Positions 1-12,800 of a stretch of DNA of 64,000 nucleotides are shown piece after piece. The notes beneath the pieces are model-generated. The model was given only the letters and a program-made list of their open reading frames with translations. It searched no databases and was not told the origin of the DNA. Positions within the stretch are counted from its first letter, which is position 1, and each line of letters starts with the position of its first letter. The DNA is from Podarcis vaucheri (Eukaryota), in NCBI GenBank assembly GCA_965113315.1, contig OZ220365.1. One strand, given 5' to 3'. The translations under genes and the position numbers were made by a program.

Positions 1-1481
1 CAGCTGAGCCCCAATTTTGCACCCAGCTCTCAATCATGAACCTCAGGTTTCCAAAAAAACGAAAACAAAAAACAAAATAGACACAAGATGCAAGAGGAAG
101 CAATCCTTACACATATATCTCAAAGCAGATAAGGTACGAGTCTACTAACTACATTTGAAACATTCCCCACCCCCTCAAAATCTTTATTTTACAAGTTACA
201 GTGCCACAAGTTAGGCAGCCCCCCCAAATGGATTTGAGACAGATCTGCAGCCAATCTCAGCTCTGAAACAAGTGTGTATGGTTAATACAGTCCCCGTGTT
301 TACCAACACATGCTTGCCACATTCATCGTTTACCATTTCATGTCTACAGTTAAAAATAAACGTAGGTGTACAGCAATCTAAAAAACATAACATATGAAGA
401 AGCCTGGAGATTTGGTACTGGATCCAGCTTCTTCCACTAGAGGAAGGGAACCGCTGGATCCAGCCCATGATAATCAGCAAAGGTTAGTTTTGCTGATGAC
501 ATTCCCAGACTGCTTGGTCCAGTGAATAGTTCTGGCTGCTTCAGAGTAATACTGTGAGACTAAAAGCAGTCACAGTTGTTCATTGATCTGTAGGATGCTT
601 CACACTTCACTCAATGCCTACACAGAATGCCAGCAAATCTCATATTCAAATAAGTCATGTGAATTTTTTGTTTGCACACACTAGGAAGCAATTTACACAT
701 GATGATCCGCATGCAAGAGAGTTGCAATTCCCTATGTCAAAATGAATTACGAAGCTGCCTTATATTGGTCCATGAAGCACAGTCTGCAGTGAGTGCCAGT
801 GGCTCTAGAGTGTTTCAGATAGGAATCTTTACCAGAGTTTCCTAGAAATGGCAGAGATTGAGCCTGGGATTTTTGGGATATAAAGCCTGTGCTGTGCTAC
901 TGAGCAACAGCCCTTCCCTTCCTTTGTTTCCTTAATGGCCCCTACCCAAATATATATATATATAGAGAGAGAGGATTTTTGTCATGTGTAAAATAGTCCT
1001 AAGTAGAATGTGTGCTCAGGTTAAGTGTTGTTTCAGCCATCATTAGGTGAAGTAGTATAGTAACAGTGTACACCAACCTTCTCCAAAGTGGTGATTTCCA
1101 GATATTATGGACTATAAATCCCACCATCTCTGGCCACTGGCCATGCTGGTAGGGGCTGATGGGTGTCCAAAACACCTGAAGGATACCAGCTTGGTGAAGG
1201 CTGGACTACTCCCATTTGCCATAACTGCAAAGTGTCATTGAAAGTACAAAAAATGTTGCAGTGCCATGTGCTTTTTCCACCACCACACCAATCTCCTCCA
1301 CTAGACAAGCAACTTCTCTCAGCCATGGAAGGCAAGAAAATACGGAAGGGACTAATTCGTAACTGAGCAGGGTAACGAATAAACAGCAAGTCTAACCAAG
1401 AAGAGTACAAACAGACAGGTTTTCATAGAGATGGCAATATTTCCTTTTCCATGCATGCTCACAATTAGGAAAACAAGATAC

Positions 1482-1832
1482 CTGAGACTGTTTCTGTTGG
1501 CTGACAGAACTGTAAGAGATCTCAGTATGCAGTGGTAACTGTGGGGCTGTCGGATGTCCTCTGGATTCGTCCCTCGGAGACAAACAGGATGCATCCAGAC
1601 CCTTAGATCTTCCATGTCCATATCCGTTGCCTAGGGGAGTGTTTTTGTCCTCATCCGAGTCCGTAATGAAGACAAATTCAGCTTTGAAAAGGTCATCCCC
1701 TTCCATTTCCCCTCTGCTTGACTTGTGATCTTTGGCTTGGAAAAGTTTGTGGCGACTGTTTGTGCAACTGGCAGAGCCGCCGTTTCCCTCGTTTCCACTT
1801 CCTACGGCCTGACCTCCAGGAACTGCTTCGGC
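1482..1832 (-). CDS. MLIP: MLIP exon-3 equivalent: AEAVPGGQ...EMEGDDLFKAEFVFITDSDEDK...SSVSQQKQSQ
   Basis: 351 nt, aatag| ... |gtatct, phase 0/0. DLFKAEFVFITDSD matches MLIP DLFKAEYVLIVDSE and the end QQKQSQ matches QQKHGQ. The gene continues off the left edge. Confidence 0.9.
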
Positions 1833-3697
1833 CTATTGTAAAATAACAATAACAAACCAGACTTGGGTCAATTGTTTTACTTTCATAAGCTCGTTTTCTT
1901 TACCAGCCAAAGAATTAAGAATTTGTACTACAAGCTAATGTTACAGTGCATTGGAAAACATGTCCAACGTCTCAGGCACCAGCAAAGATGAGGAGGGTCA
2001 CAGACAAAGAAAGTGGGGCTTGTATTGTTGACATAATGAGCTTTCCACTGTTGGTGACTTCCCTCTTCCCTCAGTGCACTTTCCCATAAATATGGCCTGA
2101 TACAAGGGAAGACACTTGTCGCTTTCAAGCAGCACCAAAACAGTGAGGGGGGTAGATTCCAGAAGAAATCGTTCACATTTTATTAGGAGCAATAAAGGAA
2201 CTGGGGTGGAGGCAGGTGCAGTCGAGCAGAATGGACTACGAGACCCCTTAAAAGCAGGCACGGTTGAGACTGGGTTCTGGCTGTGGGCTGCACGAAACCA
2301 AAAGACTGGCTCCCACGCTCCTCAGAGGGAAAAATCTGGGGCAAAGCCCCATATAGACATTGAAGCCACAAAAGGACTTCAAAACCAGGACACTCTCTGA
2401 GCAGACAACACAAAAGAATTTGCAGTCAGGGAGCTTGACTGTACTTGTTAAGGGTGGGCATTTTAGTACAAAGCATCATTGTTTTGTTACAGGGACCCAT
2501 TCAGTGGTCCTGCAGATTTTGGCCATTAACCCCTCAAATGCCAGAAACAGCTTTGCTGTGGCTCCTGAATGAGAGACTGGAGGCTGTCCCCAACAAGGCA
2601 CCATGTATTTTAAACAACAAATACAATGTCTTAGCTTGTTTCACAAGGTAGGACCCCACAAGGGAATAGCTCTTAAGGACTGTACACTTAGCCCTAGTAC
2701 ACATTGTGCTCATTCAGGAATGCCTCCTAGGAACTTCTTGTGTAAACACATTGGCTTGGGGAAACAGAGTCGGCACTCCTTAAGGTCACCTCCATTGGGG
2801 ATTTAAAGGGCACAACTGAAGACATGATTGGAAAGACATTCTGCTTAATCCAGCAGAGCATACTTACAAAACATTGCTATAGGATTGGGATTAGTATGGA
2901 TTAGCCTATGGCTTTATATCTGTAAAACAGGGTTCTGTAGAAAATGAGGATGCCCAAATGGTCAAACCTGTCTCTGTTAAATTAGTGGCTCTAGCCCAGT
3001 CTGTTAAGCGTCTCTTTGCAAGACTAAAGAGAGTACAGGTGACTGGTTGCCAAAGAATTTACGAGCTGGATATGCTTCCCAAAGGTGGGCTGAAATGGGT
3101 AGGCCTTCCCTATCCCTCCTGGCTGGTTGTGATGTCATCAAGGTGTGATGAAGAACAAAGGACAGCTATAATGCTGCCAAAGCGAAAAACATTTTTCAAG
3201 AAGGTTCAAACATTAATGCAGTGCTGACATAAAGATCACTTCCAGGAAACCCACAAGTTGAGCATTTTGTCATAATTTGTTTGCACAAAGTTTGTGGGGA
3301 GGGTTAGACGACTTCCATGATTTATTGAGCATTCATCTGATTTGATTATGGAGATGTTTTTTGACATTAAATCAATCACAGTTATCCTACACTTTGCAGT
3401 ACATTTCCCCACCTGTTTGCTTTTCACAAAATGTCCAGTTTTTTGGGGGGGGAGGGTCAGAAAATGGGTCTGTTGCACTACAGCACCAAATAAACTTTAA
3501 TTACAAAACTAGGTTTGCTGGCATGTGAGTGAATCCAACCTGAAAATAACAACAGTTGATATTGCTTGTAAACAGTAAAGATTACAAGCAAAGAGGACCT
3601 ATGCAGATGGCAGCCAACCTATTTCAAGACAGTTTGAAAGACTGTCTCCGCACAAACATAAATCAGTATGAAAATATAAAAAAGGAAAAAACCCTAC

Positions 3698-3841
3698 CTT
3701 GTGCCCAGTAATTTCTCGAGAGTTTCTATCCACAAGTCCCTCTGCAAGAAATGTTGTGGCATCGGCAATGTAGAACTGAGTTGGAAGCCTTCCAAACGAA
3801 GGAACAAAAGTGAACCTCAGAAATTCAGATTCTGAAGGAAC
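3698..3841 (-). CDS. MLIP: MLIP (muscular LMNA-interacting protein) exon-2 equivalent: VPSESEFLRFTFVPSFGRLPTQFYIADATTFLAEGLVDRNSREITGHK
   Basis: 144 nt, tgtag| ... |gtaggg, phase 0/0. FTFVP..RLPT motif matches recalled human MLIP (LIFTFVPTVRRLPTHTQLADTSKFL); synteny with LRRC1. Confidence 0.9.
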
Positions 3842-4082
3842 CTACAAAATATAGATATATATTTGCGTGTGAAGAGGATATTTAACAAAGAACATATAGT
3901 AACGCTGCATTACCATGTCTGAACCACTTTGCAGTCATTTCACTGGACCTAACTTCAGGTCAATATTTTCTCTGACAAACTGGAGTGAGGATCATCTCTT
4001 CTGACTATTTTACTGTTCATATATTTTCATCTATATCAGCTTTTCCTAGTCAACCCAGGCTGAATTTGCCCTTGCTGACTCA

Positions 4083-4376
4083 GGCCTTATCCACACTTTT
4101 CCTCTGTTCTTTCCAGGCATGGTCCACAATTTAGAAGTCCATGTTCAAGCCCTCCCCTTTTGAAAACCTGCTCTTTAAAGCTCAATTGGAGCAAATGGCA
4201 ACTCTTGGAAAACCTGATTTGATGTTTGCTCCAATTCATCTTAAAAGAGTGGGGGGGGGGGTTTCAGGGAAAGCTCATGGCAAAAGCAAAACATACAGAG
4301 CAAATGCTTGGCCATGGAGCATCAGTGCAGACCTCTGCCTGGAAAGAGTGGGGGAAAGGTAACCGTGGATAAGCCC
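4083..4376. mobile_element. Non-autonomous DNA transposon, PIF/Harbinger-like
   Basis: TIRs GGCCTTATCCAC / GTGGATAAGCCC with a 3-bp TSD (TCA) on both sides. Confidence 0.6.
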
Positions 4377-4442
4377 TCAGTGTTTTAAAAAGTTAGATTC
4401 AGGGTTTCAAAGAATCAGCCTGGAAAACAAGCCCACAAAAAT

Positions 4443-5097
4443 CATGAGGGAGTCCATTCCACTGTCAAACAGCTCTTCCCGTCAGAATGTTTTTCCTGAT
4501 GTTTAGTTGGAATCTCCTTTCTCTGGAATCTTTCTTCTCTCTGGAGCAGGAGAAAACAAGTTTGTTCCATATGACAGCCCTTGAGATATTTGAAGATAGG
4601 TGTCATCACTAGCAGAGGAATGGGAGTGCGGAGGGAGCGGACCACCCCCAGCACCGCTATTCCAGTAGGGTGCCATCATGTAGCCCCCCAACATGCACCG
4701 TGCACCCCTGCACGCACCGGGTGCCACACCCCCACAGACGATGCATCATGCCCCCAGAATGTGCACCACACCCCTGCGGGCAGCACGCCACGCCCTCACG
4801 GGTGGTGTACCACACCCCTGGGATGTGCGCCATGCCCCTGTGGGCATTGTGTCACACCCCCGGGGCGCATGTCATGCCCCCCAGAGGGCACCAGCCACAC
4901 CCCCGCCTGCTCTCCGCCCCCAGTAGTGGAGCATGCAGCTTCGCCACTGGGAGTCATATCTCCTCTCAGCCTCCTCTTTCCCAAGTTAAACATACCCAGC
5001 TCCCTCAACCATTCCTCATACGGCTTGGTTTCCATGCCCTTGATCATCTTGGTTGCCCTCCTTTGTGCATGTTCTAGCTTGTCAATATCCTCCTTAT
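4443..5097 (-). mobile_element. CR1 LINE 3' fragment (ORF2 C-terminus), interrupted by an insertion at 4607-4949
   Basis: Translates to [45 protein letters not shown]...IFKYLKGCH, the typical CR1 ORF2 tail. Confidence 0.9.
4607..4949. mobile_element. hAT-like non-autonomous element with internal degenerate GC-rich tandem repeats
   Basis: 8-bp TSD ggtgtcat/ggagtcat; ends CACTAGC...GCCACTG; splits the CR1 reading frame. Confidence 0.65.
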
Positions 5098-6659
5098 ACT
5101 CTTGTAATAGGAACACCTTGCCTGGGAAACTATGCTTTCCCTAAGTTTCTGCCATGTTACTGTGAGCTGGTAAAGCAATTGCTTGTTTTTGTTGCTGTTT
5201 GTCTGTCTTTTAGAAGCATAGGTAGAAAAGTAAGTAAATGGAGCTGGAACAGTTCAAGCAGTCCACAATACTTTCTCTTTTTTTCTCTCCCCCCCCCCCC
5301 ACTTTTCCTGCGGCACACACCACAGGATTTTACTAGTCAATCTAAAGTTTCAAATGTGGGGGTGGTGCCATAATCAGATCAGCATTTATGCTTCCAGTGG
5401 GAATACTCCGCTTTATAAGCACACTAAACAGATAGAAAGGATTCACTCCATGCTTTTGCAATTAGCAGCACCATTTTACAAGAGAGACATATGACTCATT
5501 TTAAAGTATCTCATCAGTTTAACCACTGGCATATTGGAAAATGTTAAGCCAAGCTCTCCCTCAACAAATAAAGCCTTCAGTTAGATGCTTTCATTACCTT
5601 GTAAAAAGAATGCAGTTTTACAGTTGAGGCTACATAGCCAGAGCCAAGTCAACATTCTTATGCAGTTTAGCAGAAGAATACTCTATGGCCCAAAGCTGAT
5701 TTTTTATTTTTTAAATACTCAACGTGATCGAGAAACTTTTCATGAAAAGAACTGCTGATTATAGAACACCCACAGACTTTCAAGATGTGTTATACTAAAA
5801 CCGAGTCCTTCTAACCACTAATTATGTGGAGAGAGTTGTCCCACAGATATTATATAATTCTTGTGTTTGCTTGTATGTGTACAGAAAGCAATAAAAATGC
5901 TTGGCCTCCATAGCAGCTGGTAAAAAATATATATGGGGCAGGATATGTGTGGCAACAGTCTATCACAAATTTGTAAACACAGGGGAACTCAATAGCAGTC
6001 TTGTGGTAAATTAGAGAACACCACATTTCTTGAGATATTGGCCGTGTACATTCTGCCACCCAGAGTGGTCGGGGCAAAATTATTATTACTGATTTGAATT
6101 GAGAAAAAGAACCACCTAGCTGTGTTTTAAGCTGGTAGCGTGTACATAGACATAAACCCATGTCACCCATCAGCGTGAGATGTTAATCTCAAAATGTCAG
6201 GGATACAGGCAGAAAAGGCAGGAGAGTGAGTTCGGTACTGCTTAGTACTGCAAGACGTTGATTTGACACACTCCTCTGGGAAAGTACCAATGGCTGACAG
6301 CTGTCAGTCACTTGGAGGGCACCAAGCTAAAGATTTCACAGATCTATCAGGCCCACATGCTACAATTTTACATTTTTATGGGTCCATTCAGATCACTCTC
6401 ATTTGGGGTTATCCGGAGCATGAAGAAGTTTTCCCAAAGCCTCACCATCCGGAATTGCAGGGTGTTGTAGCCAGCAACACGTGGCACAGATATAGGGAAT
6501 CAGTTTAAGTTTTGCAGTCCACATATTTGGCCCCGCGTAGTCACCACAGAGGCTTCCCTCCCTCTTTCAGATGCTCACTGGGTGTGCGCTTCCATGCTAG
6601 ATGAGGAGCAAAAGGAGTCACTTTGGAGGACCAGGCATCAGGTTCCCCTACCCCAACCC

Positions 6660-7345
6660 ATGCAAATAAGAGACGAATGAGGCTGGGTTTGGGGTCAAAA
6701 CAAGCCACAACTTTATTGAATACAGATGAAAGAGGCTTGGCTTGGGAATGGGGCAATCAAAATACTTCCAGCCCGCCCGCCGGAAGTGAGATGTGGTCAA
6801 TCCAGATGGGGGTTCCTAAGACTTACATCAAATAGGGTGACCCCCCTCAGGGACCACCGTCTGAGGGAGGGCCTTCAGCCCTGCCTTCTCCCCCGGGCAC
6901 ACAGACATGGCCACTCCCCCCAGAACCCTTTAACGGTATACCCCAGCATTTGGATGGAGGGGCAGGCGGAAACTACAACCTCCCCTGCATCCAAAACAAA
7001 GGATTGCCCCAATGCTCAACCAGTTGTGACGATTGCTATGAGGTAGGCAAAACCACCGGGTCAGTGGCAATGAGCCCAGTGGGGAAATTCCTACCTGGCC
7101 CCCTTAAAGAATGGCGACCACCATAGCCACAGCAAAGTCATTGACTATAAGTTTAAACTGAGGGTGGGTGGGCAGGGATAAAAATTTGGTGAAGGAACAA
7201 ACAGGTAGTGCCCCAGGTGTGGACTGCAAGGGGCAGATCCGAAGGAAGCCTACCTGCTCCGTTGGCTCGGCCCCCTGGTGCAGGCCAGGATCCAGTTCCT
7301 GATAAGCCCCTACCGCTTATCAGGAAGGGCACCACTGTTCCAGTT
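6660..7345. repeat. Unclassified GC-rich interspersed-repeat-like segment, possibly an LTR (minus-strand AATAAA near 6712)
   Basis: Composition shift and a polyA-like signal; boundaries and TSD not resolved. Confidence 0.25.
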
Positions 7346-7506
7346 CCCCCCTCAGGGCTCTAGTAAAGCCTTTGCCATCCTGCAATGCTGCTGCAGCAAA
7401 AGGGGTGAACGGACTTTTCTGCATCTGCAAATGGGTAGCATGTGAACAGGCATCCAAAATAAAAATCTGTATTCAGAACCCACTGCATAAAACCAGCACA
7501 ACATTT

Positions 7507-7654
7507 CAGTGGCGTAGTGTGGGTTGTCAGCACCCGGGGCAAGGCAAGTAATTTGCGCCCCCTAACCCGTGGATTTGCGCCCCCTAACCCTAACCCCCAG
7601 ATGTTGTGCCCGGTGCAGCCAGCCCCCCCCCTGCACCCCCACGCTACGCCACTG
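7507..7654. mobile_element. hAT MITE (CAGTGGCGTAG family)
   Basis: TIRs CAGTGGCGTAG / CTACGCCACTG, perfect 8-bp TSD caacattt; sister copies at 29160 and 56679. Confidence 0.85.
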
Positions 7655-7909
7655 CAACATTTAAAGCCTCATCTTAAGCCTATCTACCTGGAAGCAAGCC
7701 ACTGTGAGTTCAAAAGGGGCTTGCTTCCTCTAGCTGTGCTATGGGGATTTCCATCTTAAACATGAAACATTTATACCAGGAGTACCAATACAATGATTTA
7801 AAAATTTAACATCCTAGCAGAACAGCATTATACCTACAGCAGTGTTCAAGTCCTAGAATGTTTTTTTAAAAATATACAATAGGCCATTACATTCAAAAAG
7901 ACTTCATAC

Positions 7910-7990
7910 CTGTTCTCTGTAAAGGAAATTAAAGGAGGAACTGTCTCTCACATTTCTTGCCTCAGTCTGCTCTCCATGTTGTATGGGTTG
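7910..7990 (-). CDS. Candidate in-frame exon upstream of MLIP exon 2: QPIQHGEQTEARNVRDSSSFNFLYREQ
   Basis: Strong polypyrimidine acceptor ttttttcccctccctcttgtaaatag|, donor CAG|gtatga, 81 nt, phase 0/0, open. No recognised homology. Confidence 0.5.
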
Positions 7991-8414
7991 CTATTTACAA
8001 GAGGGAGGGGAAAAAACCAAATAAAATAATGCAGTAGATTTATGCCTGTGTCTTAGGGAATTAATATATTTCTAGCTAGAGATTCCATTAATGGGATATT
8101 CTAGGAGTAGGCAGCTTGTGTGGGCATAGGAAGAATTTGGGACACAAACGATCAGCTTGTTCAGCTACATTCAGTTGCTAAAATGTGACATTGTTAAAGG
8201 CAAAATGGCTGCTTCCTAATGTCATGGGCCAGAGGTGTCAGCAAAAGATTTTCACTGGGCAAGATATTTATATGAAACTGTTAAGATAATTAAAACCTTT
8301 ATTTTCCCAATATTAAATATGCTGGATCCATTATATAGAATACAATGAATCCACTTATTCCTGGAGGTTTGATGTGGCTTTGGTTATGGTGTCCCTCCTG
8401 TTGTTGTTGAACTC

Positions 8415-8663
8415 CCAGTGTGGTATAGTGGTTAAGAGCAGTGGACTCATAATCTGGGGAACCGGGTTCACGTCTCTGCTCCTCCACATGCAGCTGCTGG
8501 GTGACCTTGGGCCAGTCACACTTCTCTGAAGTCTCTCAGCCTCATTCACCTCACAGAGTGTTTGTTGTGGGGGAGGAAGGGAAAGGAGATTGTCAGTCGC
8601 TTTAAGACTCCTTATGGTAGTGATAAAAGGAGGGATATCAAATTCAAACTCTTCTTCTTCTTC
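8415..8663 (+). mobile_element. Squam3-type tRNA-derived SINE
   Basis: tRNA-like A/B-box head (ccagtgtggtatagtggttaagagc...gggttc), CORE-like gctgggtgaccttgggc, (CTT)n tail. Confidence 0.85.
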
Positions 8664-9591
8664 CCATCATCACAGACCACAGGCCATGATAGCAGGGGGT
8701 GACTGGAATTGGAGGCAACAATATCTAGAGAGCCACAGTAGTAAGTTTTGGAGTCAAATGAAAGTTGTGGCCTGTTTTAATCCCAGTATTTTGTAGTCCT
8801 CTCTTTTAACATTTGCAATAAGGCGCTTATGATTATCTTTGCAAGATAGTGCAAAAATGCTTTTCTTTTTAAGTATCACCTCTTAAATTGTATCCCATTG
8901 AATGATTCTAACATATCTTTCTTGCTTTAAATATTAGGCAATTGACATATTTCAGTCCATAGAACGCTTAATGGCTTTCACAGAGTTATCCATAAAAAAA
9001 TTCTGGTGAACAAATAAATGGAATGGAACATACTTAGACAGCACTTGAATGTTCTGTATTGTGAAAGTTTTAAAATCTATCCTTTTATTTTCTTTCAGTT
9101 TTTTGAAATATTAAAGTTCTACCTGCCCACTGCTTGCATGTAGCAGCTCTGCAATGAGACAGAATATTGTGTTACCTAAAAAAGCTAGGCACTTTGCCTA
9201 AGTGACTATTTGAAACATCAAAAAGTCATTTATCATACTGAACGACTAAGAATGCATTTTACCTATAATGGAAAATACTTCAGAATAGCAAAATGAGAGA
9301 AGAGAATAGATGTTAGAACGTTTACAATGCAGAAGTTCAACAGAAATTCATTTATTTGTTTGTTCAACCAGAAGGTTTTGTGGATGATTTTGTAAAAGCA
9401 CTTAAGCATCCTATGAGATGAGGTAGATAGATTTCTGAACATTTCACTGCGGAAAACATGTTATCGTCATTCAATGGGATATAATTTAAGAGGTGACAGT
9501 TTAAAAGAAAATGATGGATGCATTGATTTTCAAAGAAGATCAGGAGCACTTTATTGCAAATGGTAAAATCCTATGCTGGGGTTCCAAACAG

Positions 9592-9808
9592 TAGGGTTGC
9601 CATATCTTGAAGAGCAAAAAAGATGACAGCCCGAGGCGCTGCCGGCCCAAGCCAGGGGAAAAGGCAGAACGGGCCACTGAACTAAATAAATGAATAAAAA
9701 AAACCCCAAACCATGGCATTTCCTTTAAAATTTAAAAATCCCCCCATGGGCATGTTATCCCCCCCCCAAAGGACATGTCTGGGATTTCCCAGACATATGG
9801 CAATCCTA
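9592..9808. mobile_element. MITE with TAGGGTTGCCATA TIRs (hAT-like)
   Basis: TIRs tagggttgccata / tatggcaatccta; degenerate 8-bp TSD ccaaacag/taaaacag; related fragment near 14388-14590. Confidence 0.7.
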
Positions 9809-12800
9809 TAAAACAGGCCACAAGGTTTAACTCTTAAACTTACTCCTAAGACAGAGATGGTGGCCCGGTGGCCTTTCCTATGTGTTGGGACTCCAACATC
9901 CATCAGTCCCAGCCATTGTGGCCTGTAGTCTGGGCTGATGGGAATTGTAGTTCAGCAACATCAGGAGGCAACATCATTACCAAAGCCACATTAGACCTCT
10001 AGGACTAAGTGGATTTATTGTCTTGAAACCTATTCTATTATATTTTTTTATTCCGCTGAAGGATTCAAGTGCCACCTGCTTGTTGCTCGCACATGATGAC
10101 AGCTCTACAGATAATGACACAGATTATCGTGTTACCTAGAAAAGGCACACAGCTTTGCCTAAGTGAATACTTGGAACATCACCAGTCTGTAGCACTGACC
10201 ATATGAAATTACAAAGGAAGCATTTTATTTTACCTACAATGGGAAAAGGGAGGGAGACAACGCAAGTGAATGTTGCTTCTTTTAAGACACAGAATTCTTG
10301 CTTTGCTGGTGCGGACCTATAAAAATTTGTGTGTATAGCATGAATAACAACGGTTTAAAATATTCGTGTGTAGGCGCATGGTGCTGGCACCAACTGCTTG
10401 AGAATGCCCTTCAGAATGGAAGTCAGCCACAAAAGCTGCTTTACTGTAACAAAACTCAGGTGATTGTAAAGTAAAAAAAAAGTGCCTAGCAAAGTCATCT
10501 TGGTGTTTTTAAAGAAAATTGCTCCAAATCGAAACACTTCTACAAAGATTATGCTACAGTGTATCAGACCCCTAATAAGCTGATGGTTAAAATTATGGCC
10601 CTAAAGTGTCTTGCCTAGCTGGCTTCAAGGAATCTGCACAAGAGAAAAATGCAGTTTTGAAAGTAATGTAAGACACTATAATAAAATATCTTATTCTTCA
10701 TGATATATTTATAAATTTATAAAACTGCCATTATGATAACATAATTGCTAAGACAATTTAAAATGCTTTATAACAAGATCTCTGATTCAAATACACTGAG
10801 ACAGTTCTCACTCAGGCCTCTACTTAAGAAAACAGGAAAATGCCTTCTACTGATTCGGACTGTTGGTCTACCTAGCTCAGTATTGACTACAGAACCCTTA
10901 TGGAAGCAGGTCTTCTGTTTTTTAGGCCGAAATTGTTTTCCAACCCTACCTGGTGATGCTGTCAGGGACTGGACAAGCACTTATCATAAATCTATGTTTT
11001 ACCTGCTTTTCAAAAACATCATAAATAATAGCTGTGTCCCGGAGCCAATTGGTCAAATGTTACTGGTTCCATTCAGACAAGCAACTGGTTTGGGGGATGA
11101 GGAGCTGATTACAGGATGCTAATGCTCCCTTTAGGACTTGGATAAGAAACATCTGGTTGCCCAGATGTTGTTGGACTCTAACTTCCACCAGCCCCAACCA
11201 GTATGGTGAATGGCCTGGTGCTTATTTTACTTAAAAGCATTGATAAACCGCTTCATGTTTTACAAATCTCTAAGCATTGTGCCATGTAAAAACCACTGGC
11301 ATCATTAGAACAAAAATACAACCCAAAACCAATAAAACAGCAGCATACATAACAGCATGTAAAAACAAATTAGGAATTCAAGGGATTCAAGCATGGTTCA
11401 ATCTTCTAGGTCAGGGAAAGCCTGAGCAAACAGATATATTGCTACGAGATGTCTGAAGCAAATGGTGGTTGCCATTTTATACATGGCCGAGGGAAGAGTA
11501 TTCCATAATACAGGAACAAAAGCAGGAAAAAAACCTATTTTCATATCACCGCCCTATGATATTCTGTAGGGTCTGGTGCCATGAGTAGAATGCCCTCAGA
11601 TAATTTAAATGAGTTTACTGTCCAACAACATCTGGAAGGCCATAGAGCCTCTATTCCTGTTTTAAGGAAGCTGAGAACCCAAGGTTTTGAGAGCTTATTG
11701 TTCAGCTTCACGCATTCACCCAGCCTTGAAGGAGCTTATTTCCACCAGTGCTATCACAGTATTGCTCCTGTGTGTCTCTGTGTGTAAAGCATCCATGTGG
11801 GAAGAGCAGCTCACATATGGTTTTCCTAACCAGTCAGCAACTTCCCTTCTGGAGGGCTGCCAATCAGGTGGAAGATAGTTATGTGGTTGGTTGTACACAG
11901 CACCAGCGGCAAGCATTTCCCACACAGCTGGTTGAACGTGTAAACAGGACCTTTATCTTAATGACCTCTGTTAACAGCACAGTACCTACATCAAATCAGA
12001 AGGAGCTTTTAGAAACAAGAGAAAGATCAATGGGAGAGCTGTCACTTAACTCTCCAAGGCTTGTTTTCTATTTCCCGAAGTTTTTGGAACATCTTTTCCC
12101 CTTTTCTTTACATATATAACAAGGGAATACCACAAACTTGCATTTACCAGTTATGTCTGAGAAAAGAGCAGAGTAATTAGTCCCTTTGGGATAGATCCAC
12201 TTAGCACAAATAATTGACAACGGCCCCAGTGGGAAACCAAAAACATTTTCAGCTGAAAATGTCACACAGCTTTAGCTCAGTGTTTATCCTGGGTGCTAGA
12301 AAGAGCCGTCACCTTTAACAACCACAGCAGCATCACCGCCACCTGCCCTCTTCACAGGGCTCACCCATTTGGCATTCTCCTGCAGCCAATCGGAAGCTGT
12401 GGAACCTGTGTCAGACGTTTGGGTTCCAAAGAACGTTCACACTCATTTCCAGGTTTGCGACATTTGGGAGCCAAAATGTTTGACTTGCAAGGTGTTTGAC
12501 TTCCGAGATATGACTGTAGTCTTGTAAGTAAGGGACACTGTATGTACATCAGAGACTTCGTCTGTAAAGCATCTCTGAACATAGACATTGTTAATTTTTC
12601 CTCTGCTTTCTGTAGCTCTTTTATTTCATTTACAAGAGGCAAGAGGGTAACAACACATTTGGAAAGTTTTAAAACATTAATATGAACTGATGTAACAGGA
12701 AAGCATATGCCCATTCTATTCCTCAGTTTAAAGTAGCCAACTGATTCTAATTTAAAACGTTATTATTATTCTACAGCTGAGTCGCTGGAGATTGTTTACT

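Noticed and set aside
4581-5144. Longest ORF in the track (187 aa, +) and its overlapping ORFs
   Set aside because: Made of a GC-rich transposon insert plus antisense CR1; not a gene.
7910-7916. 7-nt microexon using the internal tttacag acceptor
   Set aside because: It would frameshift; the 81-nt in-frame exon explains the donor better.
8415-8490. tRNA-like sequence (also near 27580-27656 and 22850-22923)
   Set aside because: These are SINE heads, not tRNA genes.
12361-12714. ORF containing ELQKAEEKLT, resembling the MLIP first exon ...NLEEKLT
   Set aside because: There is no splice donor after EEKLT, and the nearby donor at 12365 is out of frame with this ORF; likely coincidence.
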